DNA of 64,000 bases from Malacoraja senta (taxonomy: Eukaryota), in NCBI GenBank assembly GCA_038087875.1, contig CM075998.1, positions 6,636,001 to 6,700,000 on the forward strand, read 5' to 3'. Below the pieces are notes generated by a model. It was not told the DNA's origin. It saw nothing but the letters and a program-made list of their open reading frames with translations, and did no database searches. Within the stretch, counting starts at the first letter, position 1. Each line of letters starts with the position of its first letter. Positions 49,386 through 61,581 of the stretch are shown here, piece after piece. The position numbers and the translations under genes were made by a program.

Positions 49386-50019
49386 CTTAGGAACACAGTT
49401 GAACAGTTTGAGTCTTGCAAGAGTTTGGAAATGCAGGTGAAGACCGGGTCTTGATTGGGTTCGGGTCAGCTTAAAAGCTTTGCAGAGGCACAGTAGCCCC
49501 TCTCGTACCACATGGAAGGAAAGTTATGTGACAGCGTGTGCATAGGGAGGTATAAACATGATACAATTTAGCTCCCACATCCCCACCACCAATTCAATCC
49601 CCAGAACATTTGATATTGGAGGTATCCTGCACCAACAGAAGCACCTTCCAATTCTCACATGACTGCTTTAGTTTGAGAGGCCATATTCTGCCTTCTTTGC
49701 TTCAGTTACCAAGAAAAATGGAAAATGTTGACTCGGGTTTTTCTTTTAGAAACATTATTGGTTCACAAATTTACACATTTACACAGGCCAACACACAATT
49801 CATTCATCATTTCAAGGAGCTGTTTAAATGAGGCCCCTTGTACTATGTGGGTGCACTTTAAAGAACCCATGACACTGTGTTTAAAGAAAAGTGGTGGTGT
49901 TGGTATCTGAGCCAATATTTATCCTTCAACCAGAGCCATTTGGGCTGGGCTTTATCACATTATGGTTGCTGATCGTATGTAAATTGGTCACCATGTTTCC
50001 TAAAACACTCTATATGCCG

Positions 50020-50261
50020 CATAGAAACTGGCCCTTCGACCCACTGAGTCCGCGCCGACCAGCGTTTCCCACACACTAGCACTATCCTACACACAAGGGA
50101 CAATCTACAATCTTTACTGAAGCCAATTAACCTACAAACCTGCTTTGGAGTGTGGGAGGAAACCAGAGAACCCGGGGAAAACCCATGGGGAGAACGTACA
50201 GTCGGGATGGAACTCGGGTCTCTGGCGCTGTACTGCAACGCTACCGCTGCGCCACCATGCC
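50020..50261 (-). mobile_element. V-SINE (repeated at 51952-52193)
   Basis: Reverse-complement SINE motifs. Confidence 0.8.
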
Positions 50262-50689
50262 AACTGTTTAGGCGTTCACTTTAAAATAGCACTTAATTGA
50301 CTGCAAAAGACTTTGGGATTTTCTGAAATTTTGGAAGGAACTATGAAAGGTCAGTATTTTTTCCCTAAAGTGGATCGGAAGGTTTTAAAAAAAAATAATA
50401 GAGGGGAGTGTCTTAATTATCGTCAGTGTGTTTTGATTTCTAACAGTCAACAAAGAAACCATAGCTGCTGTAATCACGGGTGTTGTCTCATAATCTAAAA
50501 GGAGCAATTATTAATGAATTTAAATGTCATCATTTGAAACGTGAACTGAGGAACATTGTTGCATCATGCAATGAGATCATGGTGGATCTATGATCCATCT
50601 CATTATATTCACAACCTTTCCCAAAATCCATTCATAACTTTTGATTATCAATGGTCTACTCATATCATTATATCATATCTATCTATCTA

Positions 50690-51665
50690 TCTATTATATA
50701 AAACTCTGTGGCTGCCATCCGTCCGTCCGGCGTCAAAATTCCCCTTTGAAGGCCCACACAGCACGCGGAAACGCCTATATTTTTTACCATTTCTAAACAG
50801 ATTACATTTATCTTTACGAATAGCAACTCCTGATTAAATTTGGTCGTGTTTATGTACACATTTTTAAATAAAATACTTCTCCCCCCCCCCCCCCACCAAA
50901 CATTACAAAATGTTTTAAAAAAACAGCTCAGCCATAGAATGTTAGTAAAGATTCCGTTTTGTGATGTCACAATGCCCAATGCTCACAGATGACAAATCGG
51001 AATGGAGCCATTTACATATGCCTTGGCATCAGCTCCAGCCCCAGCCCCTCCCCCCCAACCCCCGCAGCCTGTGTCGAAGGGCGTCATCACGTGTGTGGGA
51101 ATAGAGAAAGAGGATTGGGGGTGATAGGGAATGGGGAACAGATGGACTGTCCCTACCCCTCCTACTTCAACTCTCCCTCCCCACTCTTCCCCCTCTCTCC
51201 TCTCCCCCTCCCTCCCCTCCCACACACTCTCTTCCCCCTCCACCACCCCGATCTCCCCCCCACCCCCTTCCCCTCTCTCTTGCACCACTCCCTGCTACCC
51301 CTCTGCCCCTCACTCCCCACTCTTCCCCTCTCCCTCCCCCACCTCTCTCCCTCCCCCTCCCTCTCTCCCTCTCTTCCCCATACTCCTCTCCCCTTCCCCT
51401 CATCCCCTCTCTCCACCTCTAACATCCCCTCCCCCCTTCCTGCCCTCCCCGCTATCCTCCCACTCTCCCCCCCTCTCTCTCCACCCTGCTCTCTTCCTCC
51501 CCCTTCCTCTCTCTCTCTCTTCTCTCCTCTCTCTGTTCTGTTCTCTCCCCCCTCTCTCTCTCTTCCACCCCTCTCTCTCCCCCTCTCTCCCCCCCCTCTC
51601 TCTCTCTCCTCTCTCTCTCTCTCTTCCCCCCTCTCTCTCTCTTCCCCCTTCCTCTCTCTCTCTCT
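50690..51665 (+). mobile_element. Helitron H3, partial copy running into the gap (probable assembly duplicate of 52623 onward)
   Basis: TCTATTATATAAAACTCTGTGG start; near-identical to 52623-53430. Confidence 0.7.
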
Positions 51666-51865
51666 NNNNNNNNNNNNNNNNNNNNNNNNNNNNNNNNNNN
51701 NNNNNNNNNNNNNNNNNNNNNNNNNNNNNNNNNNNNNNNNNNNNNNNNNNNNNNNNNNNNNNNNNNNNNNNNNNNNNNNNNNNNNNNNNNNNNNNNNNNN
51801 NNNNNNNNNNNNNNNNNNNNNNNNNNNNNNNNNNNNNNNNNNNNNNNNNNNNNNNNNNNNNNNNN
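51666..51865. other. Assembly gap (200 N)
   Basis: Direct reading. Confidence 1.
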
Positions 51866-52622
51866 AGCCATTTGGGCTGGGCTTTATCACATTATGGTTG
51901 CTGATCGTATGTAAATTGGTCACCATGTTTCCTAAAACACTCTATATGCCGCATAGAAACTGGCCCTTCGACCCACTGAGTCCGCGCCGACCAGCGTTTC
52001 CCACACACTAGCACTATCCTACACACAAGGGACAATCTACAATCTTTACTGAAGCCAATTAACCTACAAACCTGCTTTGGAGTGTGGGAGGAAACCAGAG
52101 AACCCGGGGAAAACCCATGGGGAGAACGTACAGTCGGGATGGAACTCGGGTCTCTGGCGCTGTACTGCAACGCTACCGCTGCGCCACCATGCCAACTGTT
52201 TAGGCGTTCACTTTAAAATAGCACTTAATTGACTGCAAAAGACTTTGGGATTTTCTGAAATTTTGGAAGGAACTATGAAAGGTCAGTATTTTTTCCCTAA
52301 AGTGGATCGGAAGGTTTTAAAAAAAAATAATAGAGGGGGAGTGTCTTAATTATCGTCAGTGTGTTTTGATTTCTAACAGTCAACAAAGAAACCATAGCTG
52401 CTGTAATCACGGGTGTTGTCTCATAATCTAAAAGGAGCAATTATTAATGAATTTAAATGTCATCATTTGAAACGTGAACTGAGGAACATTGTTGCATCAT
52501 GCAATGAGATCATGGTGGATCTATGATCCATCTCATTATATTCACAACCTTTCCCAAAATCCATTCATAACTTTTGATTATCAATGGTCTACTCATATCA
52601 TTATATCATATCTATCTATCTA

Positions 52623-54373
52623 TCTATTATATAAAACTCTGTGGCTGCCATCCGTCCGTCCGGCGTCAAAATTCCCCTTTGAAGGCCCACACAGCACGCG
52701 GAAACGCCTATAATTTTTTACCATTTCTAAACAGATTACATTTATCTTTACGAATAGCAACTCCTGATTAAATTTGGTCGTGTTTATGTACACATTTTTA
52801 AATAAAATACTTCTCCCCCCCCCCCCCCACCAAACATTACAAAATGTTTTAAAAAAACAGCTCAGCCATAGAATGTTAGTAAAGATTCCGTTTTGTGATG
52901 TCACAATGCCCAATGCTCACAGATGACAAATCGGAATGGAGCCATTTACATATGCCTTGGCATCAGCTCCAGCCCCAGCCCCTCCCCCCCAACCCCCGCA
53001 GCCTGTGTCGAAGGGCGTCATCACGTGTGTGGGAATAGAGAAAGAGGATTGGGGGTGATAGGGAATGGGGAACAGATGGACTGTCCCTACCCCTCCTACT
53101 TCAACTCTCCCTCCCCACTCTTCCCCCTCTCTCCTCTCCCCCTCCCTCCCCTCCCACACACTCTCTTCCCCCTCCACCACCCCGATCTCCCCCCCCACCC
53201 CCTTCCCCTCTCTCTTGCACCACTCCCTGCTACCCCTCTGCCCCTCACTCCCCACTCTTCCCCTCTCCCTCCCCCACCTCTCTCCCTCCCCCCTCCCTCT
53301 CTCCCTCTCTTCCCCATACTCCTCTCCCCTTCCCCTCATCCCCTCTCTCCACCTCTAACATCCCCTCCCCCCTTCCTGCCCTCCCCGCTATCCTCCCACT
53401 CTCCACCCCTCTCTCTCCCCCACCCTGCTCTCTTCTCCCTCACCAATCTCTCCCCTTCTCCTCCTCCCCCTCTCCCCTCCCTCCCCTCTCCTCTTCTCTC
53501 CACACCCCGTCTCCCTCTCCCCTCTTCTCTCCCCACCCCGTCTTCCTCTCCCCCCCTCCCCCGCCTGTGTTTGGGGGGTGGATAGTGAGTGTGATGCCGC
53601 AGCCCCCCCCCCCACCTCCCGCAAACGCGCGTTGGGAAAACAGCCCGCAAACAGTGTCTCTGTCTTTAAGACGGAATTGCAGATGCTGGAAAATCGTAGG
53701 TACACAAAAGAAACTGTATAACCTCAGCGGGAGCAGCAGCATCTATGGATCGAAGGAAATAGGCAACGTTTCGGGAGAAAACCCGTCTGAGGATGGGCTT
53801 CGGCCCAAAGCCTTGCCTATTTCCTTCGCTCCATAGATGCTGCTGCACCCGCTGTGTTTCTCCAGCTTTTTTTTGTGTACCAGTCTCTCTGTCTCTCCCC
53901 TCTCTCTCTCTCTCTCTGCCCTTCTCTCTTCACAGCCTGCGGATCGACTCATGCACACCCGCTCAACCCCCCCCTTCACCTCTCTCCCCATCCTCTCTCC
54001 ACCCCTCTCCTCTCTCCCCCTCCTCTCTCACCACCTTCCTCTCCACCCTCCTCCTCCCCCTCTTCAATTTTTTTTTTCTAACATTACATTTTCTCTCTGT
54101 GCCCACCCCCCCCCTCTAGACGCACCTGAGAGGTGAGGGCTATTCGTCAGTGGATAGGGTGGAGATGGGATAAAAGAAGCAAATAAAAAAATTAAGATAA
54201 TATCAAGGGGTGTGATGAGTGTGTGTGTTTGTGGGTGCCAGATTCACACCCCGCAACCGTTCTTTGGAGGTACAGACCCAACGGGTGGGTGGTTAGAGTG
54301 ACGCAGCAGCACCCCCCCCCCCCCGCAAATGCACGTTCGGTGTCCAGACCCAACGGGTCTGCACTTGGTCTAG
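52623..54373 (+). mobile_element. Non-autonomous Helitron H3
   Basis: A|TCTATTATATAAAAC start; 3' hairpin AGACCC-aac-GGGTCT then CTAG|T. Confidence 0.82.
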
Positions 54374-55884
54374 TATCTATATTAAAACTCTGTGGCTGCC
54401 ATCCGTCCGGCGGTCCGCCTGACTTGTGCCACAAAGCCCCTTTGATACCGCCCAACGCCCACACCGCACGCGGAAACGCAGATATTTTTGACCATTCTAA
54501 AGAGATTTCATTTATCTTTACGAATAGCCACTCCTGATTAAATTTGGTCGTGTTTATGTACACTTTTCTAAATGAAATACTTCTCACCCCCCCCCCCCCA
54601 ACATTTCAAAATGTTTTAAAAAACAGCTCTCAGCCATAGAACGTTAGTGAAGTTTCCATTGTGTGATGTCACAATGCCCGATGCTCACACATGTCCAATC
54701 GGAATGGATCCGTTTACATATGCCTTGGCAGCAGCCCCAGCCCCAGCCCCTCCCCCCAACCCCACAGCCTGTGTCGAAGGGCGTCGCCACGTGTGTGGGG
54801 GTGATAGGGAATGGGGAAATTTCAAAATGTTAAAAAAACAGCTCTCAGCAATAGAATGTTAATGAAGGTTCCGTTTTGTGATGTCACAATGCACAATGCT
54901 CACACATGTCCAATCAGAATGGAACCATTTACATATGCCTTTGCAACAGCACCAGCCCCAGCCCCTCCCCCCCACCCCCGCAGCCTGTGTCGAAGGGCGT
55001 CGTCACGTGTGTGGGAATAGAGAAAGAGGATTGGGGGTGATAGGGAATGGGGAACAGATGGACTGTCCCTACCCCTCCTACTTCCACTCTCCCTCCCCAC
55101 TCTTCCCCTCTCTCCTCTCCCCCTCCCTCCTCTCCCACCCCCTCTCTTCCCCCTCCACCACCCCTTTTCACCCCCATCTCCCCCCCACCCCTTTCCCCTC
55201 TCTCTTGCACCACTCCCCGCTACCCCTCTGCCCCTCACTCCCTACACTTCCCCTCTCCCTCCCCCACCTGTCTCCCTCCACCCTCCCTCTCTCCCTCTCT
55301 TCCCCCTACTCCTCTCCCCTTCCCCTCATCCCCTCTCTCCACCTTTAACATCCCCTCCCCCCTTCCTGCCCTCCCCGCTCTCCTCCCACTCCCCACTCCC
55401 CTCCCCCTCCCTCTCCCCCACCCTGCTCTCTTCTCCCTCACCAATCTCTCCCCTTTCCTCCTCCCCCTCTCCCCTCCCTCCCTCTCCCCTCTTCTCTCCC
55501 CACCCCCGTCTTCCTCTCCCCCCCTCCCCCCGCCTGTGTTTGGGGGGTGGTTAGTGTGAGTGTGATGCCGCAGCACCCACCCCCCCCTCAAACGCGCGTT
55601 GGGGAAACAGCCCGCCAACAGTCTCTCTGTCTTTAAGATGGAACTGCAGATGCTGGAAAATCGAAGGTACACAAAAAAAAAACTGTATAACCTCAGAGGG
55701 TGCAGCAGCATCTATGAATCAAAGGAAATAGGCAACGTTTCGGGACAAAACCCATCTGAGGATGGGTTCGGCCAAAAGAGTTGCCTATTTCCTTCGCTCC
55801 ATACATGCTGCTGCACCCGCTGTGTTTCTCCCAGTTTTTTTTTTTGTACCAGTCCCTCTGTCTCTCCTCTCTCTCTCTCTCTCC

Positions 55885-55921
<37 letters not shown>

Positions 55922-56386
55922 CTTCTCTCTTCACAGCCCGCGGATCGAATCATGCACTCCCGCTCCAACAACACCCCCCTCACCTCTCTCCCCCATCCTC
56001 TCCTTCCTCTCTCCACCCCATCCTCTCTCCCCCTCCTCTCTCCCCACCCCGCTTCCTCTCCACCCTCCTCCTCCCCCTCCTCACAATTTTTTTTTCCCTA
56101 ACATTACATTTTCTCTCTCTTCCCCCACCCCTCGAGACGCACCTGAGAGGTGAGGGCTATTCGTCAGTTGATAGGGTGGAGATGGGATAAAAGAAGCAAA
56201 TTAAAATATTAAAATAATATCAAGGGGGTGTGATGAGTATGTGTGTTTGTGGGTGCCAGATTCACACCCCGCAACCGTGCTTTGGAGGTACAGACCCAAC
56301 GGGCGGGTGGTTAGTGTGACGCCGCAGCACCCACCCCGCAAACGCACGTTCTGTGTCCAGACCCAACGGGTCTGCACTTGGTCTAG
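54374..56386 (+). mobile_element. Non-autonomous Helitron H4 (diverged paralog of H3 with an internal duplication of about 215 bp)
   Basis: TATCTATATTAAAACTCTGTGG start; same 3' hairpin + CTAG|T. Confidence 0.82.
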
Positions 56387-57410
56387 TATACTTTTAAAAC
56401 TCTGTGTGTGGGTGTGTGTGTGTGTTTGTGTTTGTTTTGGCCTTGGCCTTTGATTCCTTGGTCCGCCAAAACTACACGCAGAAACTCCGAGATTTTTTTC
56501 ATTTCGCTAAACATTATACTTTTACATCCCCTAACACACTTCTCATTAAATTTCGTCGTTTTTATGTACACATTTAAAAATAAAATCCATCCCCCCCCTC
56601 CCCCCCCGCTAATTGTTTCGAATCCTGCTGGCCAGCGAACTGCTGCATGACTCACAGTGCCATCACAGATGTCCAATCACAATGGATCTCATTTACCTAT
56701 GATATGACATCACAATGAGTCAGGGCTAGGAGATTGGAACCTTCACGTGAGCCCACTAAAATCAAACAGCTGCATGACTCACAGAGCCATCTCACAGATG
56801 TCTAATCACAATGGATCCCACGAATGCAATCAACCTGGCGTGCACAATCAAATAGAGCAAGTTGTCCCACCCCCCTCCCTATCTACCCCCTCCCTCTCCA
56901 CCCCCTCCCTATCTACCCCCTCCCTCTCTACCGCCCTCCACTCCCCCCTCCACCTCTACCCCTCCTATCCTCCCCCTCTCCTCTCCAACATCCCCTCCTG
57001 TTCTCCCCCCCTCCACCTCTCCCCCTCCTCATCTCTCTCCCCTCCACCTTCCTCCTCTTCTCTCCCCCCTCCAACTCCCCCTCTTCTCTCCCCCTCCCAT
57101 CTCCTCCAACTCACCCCTCCTCTCTCTCCTCCCCTCCCTCCCCCCTCTCCCCTGTACTCTCTCTCTCCCCTCTATTCTCTCTCTTCCCTCCCTCCCTCCC
57201 TCCCGTGCCTTCCCCCCCTTCCCTTCTCTCTCCCCCCTTCTCTCTCCCCCCTCCTCTACCACCCTCTCTCCTCCCTCCCCCTCCCCCCTCCCTTTTATCC
57301 CCCTCCCCTCTACCGACCTCCACATCGTTTCCCACCCATTGGAAATATTTTATCTCGGCCTTTCCCATCAGTTCCCTTTACTATCCAGTTTCCTCCCATA
57401 ATCCAATGAC
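56387..57410 (+). mobile_element. Helitron H5 (different subfamily, 3' end not seen)
   Basis: TATACTTTTAAAACTCTGTG start; shared ttaaattt.gtcgt.tttatgtacaca block. Confidence 0.65.
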
Positions 57411-58874
57411 AAACAGGCTTGTAGGTTAATTGGCTTTGGTAAAATGTTAAATTGACCTTGGTTAATAGGATAATGCTTGTGTGTATGGGGTGATCGTTGG
57501 TTGGCGAGGAGTTGATGGGCTCGAGGACCTATTTGTGTGCTGTATCTATAAAGTCTAAAGTAAATCCAGAAAATTCCAATTGAATCACCACTTCAGTTTC
57601 CAATTGCATGGAGTGCAGCCTTATGTAGTATAATCTTTCCTGATCATTTAAACCCTGGAGTTTGTGTATCATTCTGGCAATCCACACTGCAATCTCTCCA
57701 GGGCCAATTGATATTTCTTAACATGTGGTGCCCAATGCTGCTCTCAATACTCCAGGTGTGGTCTTACCAGGGCTTTATATAGCTGTAAGATAGCATCTGT
57801 TCCCTGTACTTTCATCTGCTAAAGCCGAACACCAGCATTTCATTACTCTTATGTCTTTGTGTTGTGCACCCCTCCATGACATTTCAATGTACAAAGCCCT
57901 CTAAATGTCTTTAGACCTCTGCTGCTTTCAGTTCTTCATTTAGAAAGTGCTCTGTTCTATCCTTTTCACGTACAAAGAAACTGACCTTGCATTTGCCTGG
58001 ATTGATTTTCACTTGTCGTGGGCGCGCTTATTTCAATGGTACTTTAGTGACACATGTATCTAAGTACAGTGACATTCTTGTTTTTGCAAACAATTCGGTG
58101 ACAATCCTACTATACATCAGGCACAATCATACTTGTACAAGAGTCTACGCACTGAGTCCGTACACAAGAGTCGCCACATTTCCAGCACCATCTTGTACCT
58201 TGCAAGCCCAAAGATTTAAAACATTTTAGAGTCTAAACTTGCCCATAAATGCCCCTTCTCCTGGTGACGGCAGTGGGTTGGATTTGCAGGGTCGGCCTGG
58301 CCAGGCGATGTCGTCGATGTTCTTCACCACCGCTCCGTGCCGCTGCAGGCTGCATCCAATCCGTGCTCTTGGCGTCTTGGAGCGGCACCCGATCTACTTG
58401 AGCCCCAAGCTGCTGCAGGACCTCCAGCGGCCCACTCCACCGACTCATTCCACCGACTCAACCACTCTAACGCCTCCTCGCCATCGTCTCGTGAACACAC
58501 CGTCCCTCGCCTCGCACCTCTCATGGGAGGTGAGCCCCCAGCCTGCTCACCGGCATCGATCGTTTCCTCTGCCTGCCGCCGCTGCCATCTTGTAGGATGC
58601 TTAATCTATTAATGCTGTCTACACCACACACAGTGGCACCTACCTTTCTGTCCTTGGCAAAGTTGCATAGATGATTTTCTATTCCATTGCATAGAACATA
58701 GATCAGTACAGCACATAAACATGCCCTTTGGCCACTATGTCTGCGGTGAACATGATTCCAGGATAAGCTAATCTCTGCCTGCACATGATCCATATCCCTC
58801 CAGTCCCCGTATCCATGTTCCTATCCAAACGCCTCTTAAACACCACTAGCGTACCTAACTCTACTACCACCCAG

Positions 58875-59648
58875 TCAAGTGGGATGTTTTTAAAAGTGTG
58901 CTGAAGAAAGCTCAGGATATGTATGTCCTCACCGAGTGAAGGGCAAAGCAGGCAAACGTAAGGAAGCTTGGCTGACGAGGGAAATTGAGGCATTGGTCAA
59001 AATCAAGAAGGATGCATGGGACAGGTATAGGCAGCTGGGATCAAGTGCATCCCTGGAGCAGTTTCGGGAACTAAGGAGTAAACTGAAAAAGGAGATCAGA
59101 AGGGCAAAAAGTGGCCAGGAGATAACTCTAGCGGGTAGCATTAAGGACAATCCCAAAAGATTTTATAAATACACAAGGGGGTAAAGAATAACTAGAGAGA
59201 GAGAGTGGGATCACTCAGGAATCAAAGCGGTCACCTCTGTGTGGAGCCACAGGAGATGGGCAAGGTCCTCAATGAGTATTTCTCCTCTGTATTTACCGAG
59301 GAGAAAGACAGTAGGACGGAGGAACTTGGGGCAGTCAATGGAAGTGTCTTGAGAGCAGTCAGTGTTACTGTCGAAGAAGTACTGAAGGTACTGTCGTGAG
59401 TGAAGGTAGACAAATCTCCAGGGCCTGATCAGATATATCTGAGGACACTGCGGGAAACTAGCGTTCGACAAGGGTCCACATGGTAGGCTGCTCTGGAAGG
59501 TTAGATCTAACAAATTGGCTCCATGGAAGGAAGCAGAGGGTGATGGTGGAAGGATGCTTCTCGGACTGGAGTCCTGTGACTAGTGGTGTGCCTCAAGGTT
59601 CGGTGCTGGGTCCGTTACTGTTTATCATCTACATCAATGATTTGGATT
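58875..59648 (+). mobile_element. CR1 ORF2 fragment with large deletions
   Basis: [34 protein letters not shown]. Confidence 0.88.
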
Positions 59649-59914
59649 CTGGGAGTGTGTTCTAGGCACCTACCACTCTCTGTGTAAAACAAAACCTGTA
59701 AAAATACAGTGAATAGTTCAGTGAACAATTTCTGGTGGAGAACTTGAACAAATGATTCTGGAGATATACATATGTAATGTCCATACAAATCCCTCTGTCC
59801 ACTACGTTTGGTTTAGGTTTATTGTTGTCACATGTACAGAGGTGCAATGCAAGGCTTTGTTTTGAAAGCTATCTAAGCAAATCAGATAATACTGTACATA
59901 AATACTTGATTACA

Positions 59915-60088
59915 ATGGTAGTACAATACTGTAGACAGTACAATACTGTAGACAATATACAGTACAATACTGTAGGCAATAGTAGTACAACACGGTGGAC
60001 AGTAGTAGTACAATACTGTAGACAATAGAGTACACTACTGTAGACAATACTGTGGACAATAGAGTACAATACTGTAGTACAATACTGT
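59915..60088. repeat. Irregular tandem repeat of AGTACAATACTGTAGAC-like units
   Basis: Direct reading. Confidence 0.8.
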
Positions 60089-60705
60089 GGAGTCAGAACC
60101 TTTTTCCAGGATGGAAACGTCAAATTCTAGGCATAGCGTTTAGATGAGAGGGGCAAAGTTTCAAGGAGATGTGCGGAGCAAGTTTTTTTACACAGAATAA
60201 GTGCGTGGAACGCGCTGCCAGGGGTGGTGGTGGAGGCAGATATGATAGTGGCATTTGAGAGGATTTTGGATAGGCACATGGATATGCAGGGAATGGAGGG
60301 ATATGGATCACGTGCAGGTAGATAAGAGATGGTCTTGGCATTATGCTTGGCACATTGTGGGCCGAAGGACTTGTTCTATGTTTTATGTACAATAGATTGA
60401 ACAAATTGGAAGTTACAGAGTGCAGGATATAGTTCTCAGCATTGTAGCTCATCAATTCCATAGACACAGTCCAATGTCCGCAACGGGTGGAGGTGAATTG
60501 GACAGTACCCTAGCTTATGGAAGGGCTCTGTAGGAAGGAACAGCACATGCTGGTTTAAACGTCAGAATCTGAAGAAGGGTCTCAACCCGAAAAGTCACCC
60601 ATTCCTTCCCACCAGAGATGCTGCCTGTCCCGCTGAGTTACTCCAGCATTTTGTGTCTATTATGGAAGGACTGTTCAGGAGCCTGATAACAGGGGGAAGA
60701 AGCTG

Positions 60706-61228
60706 TTAGAAATATAGAAACATAGAAAATAGGTGCAGGAGTAGGCCATTCGGCCCTTCGAGCCTGCACCGCCATTCAATATGATCATGGCTGATCATCC
60801 AACTCAGTATCCTGTACTTGCTTTCTCTCCATACCCCCTGATCCCTTTAGCCACAAGGGCCACATCTAATTCCCTCTTAAATATAGCCAATGAACTGGCC
60901 TCAACTACATTCTGTGGCAGGGAATTCCAGAGATTCACCACTCTCTGTGTAAAAAATGTTTTTCTCATCTCAGTATTAAATATTTCCCCTTTATCCTTAA
61001 ACTGTGACCCCTTGTTCTGGACTTCCCCAACATTGGGAACAATCTTCCTGCATCTAGCCTGTCCAACCCCTTAAGAATTTTGTAAGTTTCTATAAGATCC
61101 CCCCTCAATCTTCTAAATTCTAGCGAGTACAAGCCGAGTCTATCCAGTCTTTCTTCATATGAAAGTCCTGACATCCCAGGAATCAGTCTGGTGAACCTTC
61201 TCTGTACTCCCTCAATGGCAAGAATGTT
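60706..61228 (-). mobile_element. CR1 3' end
   Basis: LSYEERLDRLGLYSLEFRRLRGDLIETYKI plus tail. Confidence 0.9.
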
Positions 61229-61485
61229 CCTGAGTCTTCAGTTGCTTTTTCAAAAATGTCATCCAAACATGACCCACTTTTTACAAACACTGATCATTGA
61301 AAATTTCCAAGGCATACAGTCGCACTACTGCTAATTATAGGCCAGGCTAATTTCCTGGCAATAGATCTTATGCTAATTGCTCTATGATTCCCTACTTAGT
61401 ACTCCCAGTTGCCTTTCTTAAGCTCTGATAATTCAATTTCCAGTTTTGCTCAGACTTGTGGGGAAAGAGCAAAGATATTGTGAAG

Positions 61486-61581
61486 GTACACAAAAATGCT
61501 GGAGAAACTCAGCGGGTGCAGCAGCATCTATGGAGCGAAGGAAATAGGCAACGTTTCGGGCCGAAACCCTTCTTCAGACTT
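61486..61581 (-). mobile_element. 96-bp solo PLE pLTR with intact hammerhead-like core (61550-61577)
   Basis: Perfect 16-bp TSD CAAAGATATTGTGAAG at 61470-61485 and 61582-61597. Confidence 0.88.

Noticed and set aside
58233..58612. GC-rich ORF cluster as a host exon
   Set aside because: No recognisable protein or clear splice signals; the minus-strand CAAGATGGCAGCG start suggests a retroelement 5' region, but the family could not be assigned.
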